A stretch of DNA of 64,000 nt, taken from positions 480,001-544,000 of the forward strand of contig JBDHZC010000001.1 of assembly GCA_039811685.1 (NCBI GenBank), written 5' to 3'. Origin of the DNA: Armatimonadota bacterium. Its GTDB lineage: Bacteria; Armatimonadota; UBA5829; DSUL01. Under the pieces are notes generated by a model. That model ran no database searches. It was not told where the DNA came from and saw only the letters and a list, made by a program, of their open reading frames with translations. A program made the translations under genes and the position numbers. This document shows positions 21,464 through 29,749 of this stretch, in pieces. The stretch's first letter is position 1; the number at the start of each line of letters is the position of its first letter.

Positions 21464-21709
21464 AGACTACCTCGTGCATTTACGTCGTGTGTGGCCGTCC
21501 AGCGATACCCGCCTTCGTCTTTTGGAATCGGTCCGGTAGAAGTGTAGCGCAATGATCCTCACTTTTCCAGTGCGGCACTGCGACGGCTGAAGAGTCAGGC
21601 AAGGAGAGCGAGGAGGGAGTACGACAGCAAAAATGGCTATTGAAGGATATGGCTGTCCGGCTACTCTAAATAGGCACAAGGCATCTTGCATCGAGGACTG
21701 GAGACCACA

Positions 21710-24700
21710 ATGAATCAGAATAGCCGCATCTGGAAATCCGCTCTCATTCTCGCCATACTCGCGCTCTGTACTGCTGCTACAGTGTGGAGATGTCAGGCGC
21801 AACAGCCCTCCATTCGCCTGGAAACACGCGTCTTGGGACAGAATCAGTGGCTGTCCGGCAGCCTCGCAAGTGTGCGGATTCTCACGATAAATCACTACAA
21901 CAACGAACCTCTCAGCGGAGTGCCAGTTTCTGTCGCCATCGCAGCGGTTGATTCCAAAGACTTCAAACCGCTGTTCTCCGGCCGGACAAACTCACTTGGT
22001 TCCGTGGACGCTTCGTTTGGCGTTCCGGAAGCGTTGCAGGGCAGCTACCATCTTCGAGTGCAGACTCGCGCACTTGGTGAAACTGATGAAGTTATCCGCC
22101 CAGTAGAAGTCCGGCGGGAAGTCCGGGTCCTGCTGACCACAGACAAGCCGATTTACCAGCCCGGGCAACTGATGCACATTCGCGCGCTGGCGCTGAAGAT
22201 ACCGTCTCTCCATCCCGCTGACAGTCAGCCGTGTACCCTGGAAGTATCAGATGCGCGCGGCAACAAAGTCTTCAAGAAGGCTGGCCCACTGTCACACTTC
22301 GGAATCGCGTCTGCCGATTTTCAGCTGGCTTCAGAAGTCAATCAGGGCGCCTACACGGTGCGTGCCATCGTGGAGGGAAAAACGGAAGAGAAGAAGGTCA
22401 CGGTCGAGCGCTATGTCCTTCCCAAGTTCAAAGTGCGCATGGAAACTGAGCGCACCTACTACCTTCCAGGCGACCGCGTCAAAGGAACCGTCCACGCCGA
22501 CTATTTCTTCGGCAAGCCGGTAGAGAATGCTAAAGTCTCTGTCAAGCTCTCTAAATTTGATGTCGGCTTCAGCGACTTCGCGGAAGTTTCGGGCACAACC
22601 GACTCTGCTGGGACTTTTACCTTTGAACAAACTCTCCCCATGGCCTTTGTCGGACAGCCGCTTGAGCAGGGCAATGCTTTCTTCAAAATCGAAACTGCCG
22701 TCACCGACGGCGCGGACCACACAGAAAAGGTAACACGGACTGTTCCGGTCGCGAAAGACCCTCTCAAGATTCTGGCTATTCCCGAAAGTGGCAATCTGGT
22801 TGCCGGCATTGAGAATATCATCTATCTTTCCGTCAGCTATCCCGACGGATCACCTGTCAAGAAAACCGCCGTCCGTGTTCAGGCCAGGACCTCTGCGGGA
22901 AAAAGCCTTGAGCTATCCAGAGCAACCGTTGAAGTGGATGATCTGGGTATTGGCGAGATACGCCTCACGCCTGCGGACGAAGAGGTGATTCTCAAGGTCG
23001 AGGCACAGGATTCTGCAGGCCACCGCATGCAGACGCGCCAGACGTTGAGCGTCAAACAGGCCGATGAAGCCGTTCTTCTACGCACGGATAAGGCCGTGCT
23101 ATCTGTTGGAGAGGCGCTCCAGATCACAGCGCTCTGCTCGCGCAGTTACGGCTATGTGTATCTGGACGTTGTCAAGGATGGACAGACTGTTCTGACGAAA
23201 TCCATTGTTCTCAACCGTGGCCGCGCGACACTCTCGCTGCCGTTGACCGCGGACAAAGCAGGAGCGATCCAACTGCGCGCGTACCGGCTCACTCGAAACG
23301 GTAATATTGTGCGTGATTCACGCACCGTTTTTGTACGCCCCGCTTCAGACCTGAAAATCGCCATCACCTCAGACGCGCGGCAGTATCTCCCAGGGAAGCC
23401 TGCAAAGTTATCTCTTTCCGTTACGGACGGCAGGGGGCGCCCGCTTGCCGCAGCCCTTGGTATCAGCATCGTGGACGAGAGCGTTTATGCGCTGCAGGAG
23501 CTTCAGCCTGGGCTGGAGCGCATCTACTTCATGCTGGAAAAGGAACTTGCCGAGCCGAAGTACGAAATCCACTCTATCACGCCTGGGGAGATAGTCGGCC
23601 CTCGCGTCCCTGACGTCAATGACAACTTGTCCGCTGAGAAACAGCAGGCGGCACGCGTGCTCTTTGCCGCCGTTCAAAAAGAAGAGCTTGCCAACTCACA
23701 CGCCTCAGCTTTCACCCTGGAAAGCAACACCTACGCGGAGAAGATTGACAAAATCCGCGATCAACTCGCCAGACAGGCCAAAGACGACTGGAAAACAATT
23801 GCCGCAGGTGTCGCGGGATTTCAAGAAAAGCAAGGCGGAGACCTTCTTGCACTCGGGGGGATTCACTACCTGGTACGCGAAGGACTATTGCCGCAGACTA
23901 TTCTGAAGGACCAGTGGGGCAGCCCCTACGAATTCATCTCAAGTCCCTGGGGCGGCGGGTACACGAGTGGACTGGCTCTTTGGAGCAATGGTCCAGACAG
24001 GCGGAAGGGTACCGTGGACGATATCGTCGTCAGTGGATATCCAAGAGGTGGATCACCGGAGATCGTACCGGTGACTGGTGACGTCCTGCAGATGGCGTTC
24101 AGTGACAAGGATAAATGGGACAGAGACCGAGGTTTGTTTTCTGCTGTCACGCGTAAAGCTCGCGGCGTCGGCGGATTGGACATGGTCTTTATGGATGGCG
24201 CAGCAGCAGTGGTCGAACAAGCGCCAATGCCGGTATCGGGCCCTAACTCCATCGGCGAGGCCCCCACTGCGAGACCGGACGTGCGCATCCGCAGCTACTT
24301 CCCTGAGACGCTCTACTTCAATCCCGCTGTGATCACGGACGACAAGGGCAAAGCAGATATCCACATTGACATGGCGGACTCCATTACAACGTGGCGGCTC
24401 AGCGCAATGGCCTCGTCGTTGAATGGATTGCTGGGCTCCACTACCAGCCCGCTGAAGGTGTTCCAGGATTTCTTCATTGACATTGACCTGCCTGTAGCGC
24501 TGACGCAAAACGACGAGGCTTCCATTCCCGTTGCAGTTTACAACTATCTGCCCGGTGCGCAGAAGGTGGAGCTGGAGCTGACGCCGCAACCGTGGTTCGA
24601 ACTGAGCGGCCCGGCGAAGCAGACTCTGCAGATAGCAGGCAACTCGGTCAAAGCTGTCCACTACCGGATTAAGGTGAAGCAGATCGGCTGGCATCAACTT

Positions 24701-26380
24701 ACAGTGCACGCCTACGGCTCCAAGATGAACGACGCCATCCGGCGGGACATTGAGGTAACCCCGGATGGCGAACGCCAGGAAATCAGCATCAACGACCGGT
24801 TGGAGAAGAGCGTAACGCACGCGGTCACAATCCCGCAGAACGCCATTGACGGCGCAAGCAACATCCTGGTGAAAGTCTATCCGGGCGTGTTCAGCCAGAT
24901 TGTCGAAGGGATGGACTCTTTGCTGCGAATGCCGACAGGCTGTTTCGAACAGACGTCTTCAGCAACCTACCCCAACGTTCTGGTGCTGGGCTATATGCGG
25001 GATACGAAGCAGTCCACGCCTGAGATCCAGATGAAGGCCGAGCAGTACATCAACCTGGGCTACCAGCGTCTTGTCTCCTATGAGTGCAAAGGAGGCGGAT
25101 TTGAGTGGTTTGGTAATGACCCGGCGAACCTCGTACTGACGGCTTACGGGCTGCTGGAATTTGCGGACATGGCAAAGGTCTATGATGTGGACCCGGCCCT
25201 GATCACGCGAACGCAGAACTTCCTCCTCTCCAAACAGAGCCCGGACGGCAGTTTCACACCTGACAAAGGCGGAATCGCGGAGGGCGCCATCAACCGCCAG
25301 ACAGATGAGTTCCGCACGACAGCGTACGTCCTGTGGGCGCTTGGCAACTCGGGCAAGTCCGGCGACGCCGTTCAGAAGGGTCTGAGTTACCTCAGCGCAA
25401 ACTGGAGTAAGGTGGACGACCCGTACGCTCTGGCGCTTGCCGCAAACGCGTTTCTTGCGACTCCAGATGGCAAGAACAAGTGCATTGATCTGTGCCAGAA
25501 GCTGGCAGACCTGCACAAGAAGGACGATCGCGGAATCTTCTGGAGCACGCCAGGCAACACCGCCGTCTCCTCCACTGGCGCAACCGCGGACATCGAGACA
25601 ACGGCGCTCGCGACTATAGCTCTGATGCAGACAGGGCGCTACAACGATCTGGTCAGCGGTGCGATGACGTTCCTGATCAAGTCCAAGGACTCTTACGGCA
25701 CCTGGGGCAGTACGCAGGCGACGATATTCTCGCTGAAGGCGCTGATTTCATCGCTGGTTCAGCGTACGCAGGACGTCAATGCGAAGGTGACGGTTCTCAT
25801 CAACGGTCACGAAGCCGAGACATTCCAACTCACGCCCGAAAATTCAGACGTACTTCGTCAGGTGGACACGAAAAAATGGGTTGTCAAGGGTGAGAACAAA
25901 GTCGAGATCCGATTTGACGGAAGAGGCTCATCTCTGTATCAGATTGCAGGCTACTATTACACGCCGTGGAAAGTTCGGGCGACGCAGGACAAAGAACTGA
26001 TGAAGATAGACGTGAGCTTTGACCGCACGAAGCTCGACACGGATGACGTTGTAACCAGCGCAGTCAAAGTTGCGTATCTCGGTCGTGGCACGGCGAACAT
26101 GATTATCGTTGACCTTGGCACACCGCCGGGCTTCGACGTTCTGGCCGAAGACCTGGACGCGCTGGTGCGGGACCGGACTTTCCAGAAATACTCGCTTACC
26201 GGGCGGCAGATTATTGTCTATATCGAGAAGCTGGAAGCCGGAAAGCCTCTTGAGTTCAAGTACCGGATGCGAGCGAAGTTTCCCGTGAAGGCCAAAACGC
26301 CGAAATCTGAAGTGTATCAGTACTACAACCCGGACGCGCGCGCCGTAGCCGCGCCGGTGGACATGGAAGTCCGGGGCTGA
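21710..26380 (+). CDS. Alpha-2-macroglobulin family thioester protein
   Basis: Signal peptide, TDKPIYQPGQ (MG2), RSYFPETL, DSITTWR, FFIDIDLP..LT.NDE, thioester GCFEQT, GSTQAT, YQYYNP. Confidence 0.92.
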   Translation: MNQNSRIWKSALILAILALCTAATVWRCQAQQPSIRLETRVLGQNQWLSGSLASVRILTINHYNNEPLSGVPVSVAIAAVDSKDFKPLFSGRTNSLGSVDASFGVPEALQGSYHLRVQTRALGETDEVIRPVEVRREVRVLLTTDKPIYQPGQLMHIRALALKIPSLHPADSQPCTLEVSDARGNKVFKKAGPLSHFGIASADFQLASEVNQGAYTVRAIVEGKTEEKKVTVERYVLPKFKVRMETERTYYLPGDRVKGTVHADYFFGKPVENAKVSVKLSKFDVGFSDFAEVSGTTDSAGTFTFEQTLPMAFVGQPLEQGNAFFKIETAVTDGADHTEKVTRTVPVAKDPLKILAIPESGNLVAGIENIIYLSVSYPDGSPVKKTAVRVQARTSAGKSLELSRATVEVDDLGIGEIRLTPADEEVILKVEAQDSAGHRMQTRQTLSVKQADEAVLLRTDKAVLSVGEALQITALCSRSYGYVYLDVVKDGQTVLTKSIVLNRGRATLSLPLTADKAGAIQLRAYRLTRNGNIVRDSRTVFVRPASDLKIAITSDARQYLPGKPAKLSLSVTDGRGRPLAAALGISIVDESVYALQELQPGLERIYFMLEKELAEPKYEIHSITPGEIVGPRVPDVNDNLSAEKQQAARVLFAAVQKEELANSHASAFTLESNTYAEKIDKIRDQLARQAKDDWKTIAAGVAGFQEKQGGDLLALGGIHYLVREGLLPQTILKDQWGSPYEFISSPWGGGYTSGLALWSNGPDRRKGTVDDIVVSGYPRGGSPEIVPVTGDVLQMAFSDKDKWDRDRGLFSAVTRKARGVGGLDMVFMDGAAAVVEQAPMPVSGPNSIGEAPTARPDVRIRSYFPETLYFNPAVITDDKGKADIHIDMADSITTWRLSAMASSLNGLLGSTTSPLKVFQDFFIDIDLPVALTQNDEASIPVAVYNYLPGAQKVELELTPQPWFELSGPAKQTLQIAGNSVKAVHYRIKVKQIGWHQLTVHAYGSKMNDAIRRDIEVTPDGERQEISINDRLEKSVTHAVTIPQNAIDGASNILVKVYPGVFSQIVEGMDSLLRMPTGCFEQTSSATYPNVLVLGYMRDTKQSTPEIQMKAEQYINLGYQRLVSYECKGGGFEWFGNDPANLVLTAYGLLEFADMAKVYDVDPALITRTQNFLLSKQSPDGSFTPDKGGIAEGAINRQTDEFRTTAYVLWALGNSGKSGDAVQKGLSYLSANWSKVDDPYALALAANAFLATPDGKNKCIDLCQKLADLHKKDDRGIFWSTPGNTAVSSTGATADIETTALATIALMQTGRYNDLVSGAMTFLIKSKDSYGTWGSTQATIFSLKALISSLVQRTQDVNAKVTVLINGHEAETFQLTPENSDVLRQVDTKKWVVKGENKVEIRFDGRGSSLYQIAGYYYTPWKVRATQDKELMKIDVSFDRTKLDTDDVVTSAVKVAYLGRGTANMIIVDLGTPPGFDVLAEDLDALVRDRTFQKYSLTGRQIIVYIEKLEAGKPLEFKYRMRAKFPVKAKTPKSEVYQYYNPDARAVAAPVDMEVRG

Positions 26381-26390
26381 GATTCAGATG

Positions 26391-26434
26391 AGCGCGCCGC
26401 GCCTGAGGTATCCTCCGTTGCGGCGCGCTTCTTC
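26391..26434 (+). terminator. Probable intrinsic terminator hairpin after the A2M gene
   Basis: 10-bp stem AGCGCGCCGC/GCGGCGCGCT followed by a short TCTT tail. Confidence 0.5.
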
Positions 26435-26500
26435 CCGGCAAAGCGCAAATTAGCAGCGATGCCGCCCACTTTGTGAGTTTCCAGCGCCGAACAGCCATAA

Positions 26501-26529
26501 TTGACACTGGTTACGCGCAATGATAAACT
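26501..26529 (+). promoter_or_regulatory. Sigma70-type promoter of the leader ORF-czcCBA operon
   Basis: TTGACA (26501-26506), 17-bp spacer ending TGA, TAAACT (26524-26529); also has an extended -10 TG. Confidence 0.7.
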
Positions 26530-26537
26530 CATCTTTG

Positions 26538-26831
26538 GTGAGCACCTTACGCATAATTCAGGTGGCGGTCGCTCTGCTGCTTCTGATCTCTATTGCAGCC
26601 GGACCCGCGCCGGGCTGCGAGGGTGACGTGAGCTCGGGTGATTCGCACTGCGTGTGCTCCGTGGTGTGTCCGTGTAGTTGCACGTTCGTCACCCACCCGC
26701 AGATTCATCTGGAACTCCCGAGCCCCAACACACGCAGTGAGACACTCGGGGATCTGTACCACTGCGCCGACTACCCCCTCCTGTTCACGGATATCTTCCA
26801 ACCTCCAAGACTTCTGCTCCAGACCTCCTGA
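26538..26831 (+). CDS. Small Cys/His-rich leader protein (DUF2946/CzcI-like architecture) upstream of czcC
   Basis: Hydrophobic N-terminus, HCVCSVVCPCSC cluster, C-terminal IFQPPR. Start is GTG 26538 or TTG 26535; the ATG at 26520 lies inside the promoter. Confidence 0.65.
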   Translation: MSTLRIIQVAVALLLLISIAAGPAPGCEGDVSSGDSHCVCSVVCPCSCTFVTHPQIHLELPSPNTRSETLGDLYHCADYPLLFTDIFQPPRLLLQTS

Positions 26832-26894
26832 TCAATACACCCACAGGCGCGCCGCCACACAAGGCCGGCGCATTCACAGGATTGGAGCTCTGTC

Positions 26895-28169
26895 GTGACA
26901 CTTTCACGCTTCGCCACTGCGCTTGCGCTGGCAGTGGCCCTTCTTTCCACCTGCTCCGCCGCCCAGAGCGCAGACAAGCGTCTCAGTCTGGAAGAGGCGG
27001 TAAGCAAGGCCCTGGATAACAACCCGGTCGTTTCTGCTGTTCGCGCAGCCGTCGGAAGTGCGGAGTTTGGCGCGAGGTCCGCGCGTGCCCTGTCCAATCC
27101 GACGGTTCATTTTACGCCTGCGCTGACCTCCCCGGGCGGCTCGGACGAGGAGCTGAGCGTGCAGCAACCGCTTGAGATCAATGGAACGCGCTCAGCGCGA
27201 TCGGCAAGTGCGCGCGCTGTCGCTGATGGCATACAGGCCGTTGGCGCAACAGAACTGTTGGATCTCGTGCTGCAAACGGAGACGGCTTACTTCGAGCTTC
27301 ACAGAGCCCGTGAGCAACTGCAGCTTGCCGAGGATTTGCTCTCCATCACCGAGGAGTCTCATCGGCTCGTTGACAGGCAGGTGGAAGAGGGAGCGCGACC
27401 AGGAATTGACCGTATGCAAACGTCTCTTGAGGTCTCTCGCGCAAAGCAGCAGCTTGTGACGGCGCAAAGGCAGGAGCGCATTGCCAGCGCCACTCTGAAT
27501 CTGGCGCTTGGCCAGACTCCAACCAGCCCGCTGCCTCTGCTGATTCCTCCCACGCCGCAGTCTCCTGACACCCGGACGGAAGCGCTGGTGGCACGAGCTC
27601 TGGCGCAGCGGCCGGAAATCGCCGCGGCGCGTGCGAGGCATAGCGAGAGCCTCAGCCAGGCCAGATTGATACGCGCGGAAGGCCGTCCGGACCTCACTCC
27701 CCAATTCCGCGCAGACAGCGTAACGCGAGGCGGGTTTCAGAATGCAGGCGTTGGCATCAGCGTCAGCATTCCGATTTTCGACTACGGAAGCCGCCGCGAC
27801 CGACTGAAAGAAGCGCGCGCCGAGGCAAGCGCCGAAAAAGCCAGGATCACCTCTGAAGAGAACAATGTACGCGCAGACGTCGAGCGAGCTATTGACAGAT
27901 TGGACGCAGCAAGAGAAGCGCTGAAGCAGTTTCACAGCGGTGTTCTGGATCAGTCCAGGCGTCTCCTCGAAGCCAGCCGGACAGGATTTCAGCTTGGTCA
28001 GACAAATGTACTCAATCTGCTTGAAGCGCAGCGCTCATACCGGCTGATTCAAAGCGACTACATTAACGCGCTGGTGGATGGAGCCATTGCGCAAGCGGAA
28101 CTCAAGCGCGCGGCGGCGGACGCTTTGCCTGTCGTGCAGGCCGTCATCCAAGGGAGAACATCACATTGA
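26895..28169 (+). CDS. czcC: TolC-family outer-membrane efflux protein (CzcC-like)
   Basis: Signal peptide, LSLEEAV..AL.NNP, two OEP repeats, GISVSIPIFD, G.TNVLNLLEAQR. Precedes the MFP and RND genes. Confidence 0.85.
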   Translation: MTLSRFATALALAVALLSTCSAAQSADKRLSLEEAVSKALDNNPVVSAVRAAVGSAEFGARSARALSNPTVHFTPALTSPGGSDEELSVQQPLEINGTRSARSASARAVADGIQAVGATELLDLVLQTETAYFELHRAREQLQLAEDLLSITEESHRLVDRQVEEGARPGIDRMQTSLEVSRAKQQLVTAQRQERIASATLNLALGQTPTSPLPLLIPPTPQSPDTRTEALVARALAQRPEIAAARARHSESLSQARLIRAEGRPDLTPQFRADSVTRGGFQNAGVGISVSIPIFDYGSRRDRLKEARAEASAEKARITSEENNVRADVERAIDRLDAAREALKQFHSGVLDQSRRLLEASRTGFQLGQTNVLNLLEAQRSYRLIQSDYINALVDGAIAQAELKRAAADALPVVQAVIQGRTSH

Positions 28170-29749
28170 AGACAGCCCGATTTCAGCGATACCTTCCTCT
28201 GGTGGCGGCTTTTGCTGCCGGAATTGTGATTGCCACCTTTGCGCTTTCACGCGGTGCTGGAAAGATCGAAAAGCCGGACACCACCGCCCACCAAGACCAT
28301 GACGCTGAGCACGAAGAATCCGATGTCATCCGGTTGTCCGCCGAGGCTATCAGGACGGCCGGCATTGAGATTGCGCCTGTCGGCCATCAGATGCAGCGCG
28401 AGAGCCTGAGCGTTGTGGGTACAGTTGAAGCCAATCCCTCACACACAGCGAAAATCACGCCGCCAGTCGCCGGAAAGCTCATCTCCATTTCTGCTTCCGT
28501 GGGAGATGTTGTCAAACGGGGGCAGACGCTGGCCGTTCTACAAAGCCCCGAGGTCGCCCAGGCCCATGCTTCCGTGCACGAGGCTGAGGCGGCACGGCGC
28601 GAAGCGGCTTCCTCGGTTGAAGTCGCAAAGTCCGGGCTCGAAGTCGCACGCGCCAAACTGCTGAACGCAGAACAGGCGCTGTCTCATCAAAAAGCCCTCG
28701 CCACCACCGGCGCCTTTTCGCAACCATCCATTCAGGCCTCTCAGTCCGAGTTGAATGACGCGCAATCGGAGCTGTTGCAGGCTCAGACAGAACTTCAGGC
28801 GCACGCCGCGGCTATGGAGCGCGCGGTAAAGCTCTACGCGGCGGAACTGATTTCCAAGGCGGAGCTGGAGACGGCGCAACTGGAACATCGGCAGGATCAG
28901 GCTAACGTCGAGAAAGCCAGGGCACGAGTGGCTATTGCCAGGCAAAACCTGGACCGGGAGCAAAAAATCTATCGCGGCGATTATCTGAACAGGCAGGCGA
29001 TCCAGAGCGCGGAGGCGGACGTGCGCACGTCAAGAGCAGATCTGGATCAGGCCAGAAGCGCGGTGCGCGCGGCTGAAACGGCGCTCTCTGGCGCAGCTTC
29101 GCGGCTCACTACAGCCAGAGACCATCTGCATTCGATGGAAGGCTCCGCGCATGCTGGCGACAACGGCCGCATCGCGCTCAAGGCCCCGATAAGCGGTGTG
29201 GTTACGACGCGCCATGCGACTCTGGGAGAAGCAATCGAGAGAAGCACCGTCGCTTTTGAGGTCGAAAACCAGCGCACTGTCATGGTATATGCGCAAATCC
29301 CGGAAGGACAGATCAACCGGATCAGAAAGGGTCAGCAGGTCGCTGTGAGCGTGTCATCGTACGGTGACCGGCAATTCGCAGGCTCTGTTCAGACAATCTC
29401 AAGCAAGCTCGATGAGAAGACGCGCACTCTGCCCGTGCTGTGCATAGTCGAAAACCCGCAGGGGCTTCTCAAGCCGGAGATGTTTGCGCAGATCACGGTA
29501 TTTCTGGGCTCGGGCGCTCCGTCCATTGTGCTTCCGGGCACATCTGTTTTTGAAGAAGCGGGCGCGAACTATGTCTTTGTCCAGGATAACGACGGTTTTA
29601 AGAAGCGCCAGGTGAGTCTGGGAAGAACCAGCTCACGGACGGTAGAGATTGTCTCCGGCTTAGAGGCTGGCGAGCGCGTTGTGGTCGGTGGAGTGCTGGT
29701 TCTCAAGAGCGAGCTGACCAAGGAAGATCTGAAAGGGCACGAACACTGA
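28166..29749 (+). CDS. czcB: RND periplasmic adaptor (CzcB-like) with very long helical hairpin region
   Basis: N-terminal TM, His-rich segment, lipoyl halves (VGDVVKRGQ.L; IALKAPISGVV), LDEKTRTL, LKPEMF, VEIVSGL.AGERVV. Confidence 0.85.
   Translation: MKTARFQRYLPLVAAFAAGIVIATFALSRGAGKIEKPDTTAHQDHDAEHEESDVIRLSAEAIRTAGIEIAPVGHQMQRESLSVVGTVEANPSHTAKITPPVAGKLISISASVGDVVKRGQTLAVLQSPEVAQAHASVHEAEAARREAASSVEVAKSGLEVARAKLLNAEQALSHQKALATTGAFSQPSIQASQSELNDAQSELLQAQTELQAHAAAMERAVKLYAAELISKAELETAQLEHRQDQANVEKARARVAIARQNLDREQKIYRGDYLNRQAIQSAEADVRTSRADLDQARSAVRAAETALSGAASRLTTARDHLHSMEGSAHAGDNGRIALKAPISGVVTTRHATLGEAIERSTVAFEVENQRTVMVYAQIPEGQINRIRKGQQVAVSVSSYGDRQFAGSVQTISSKLDEKTRTLPVLCIVENPQGLLKPEMFAQITVFLGSGAPSIVLPGTSVFEEAGANYVFVQDNDGFKKRQVSLGRTSSRTVEIVSGLEAGERVVVGGVLVLKSELTKEDLKGHEH

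Noticed and set aside
21671..21690. Sigma54 promoter (GGCAC...TTGCA) before the A2M gene
   Set aside because: The spacing is not the required GG-N10-GC.
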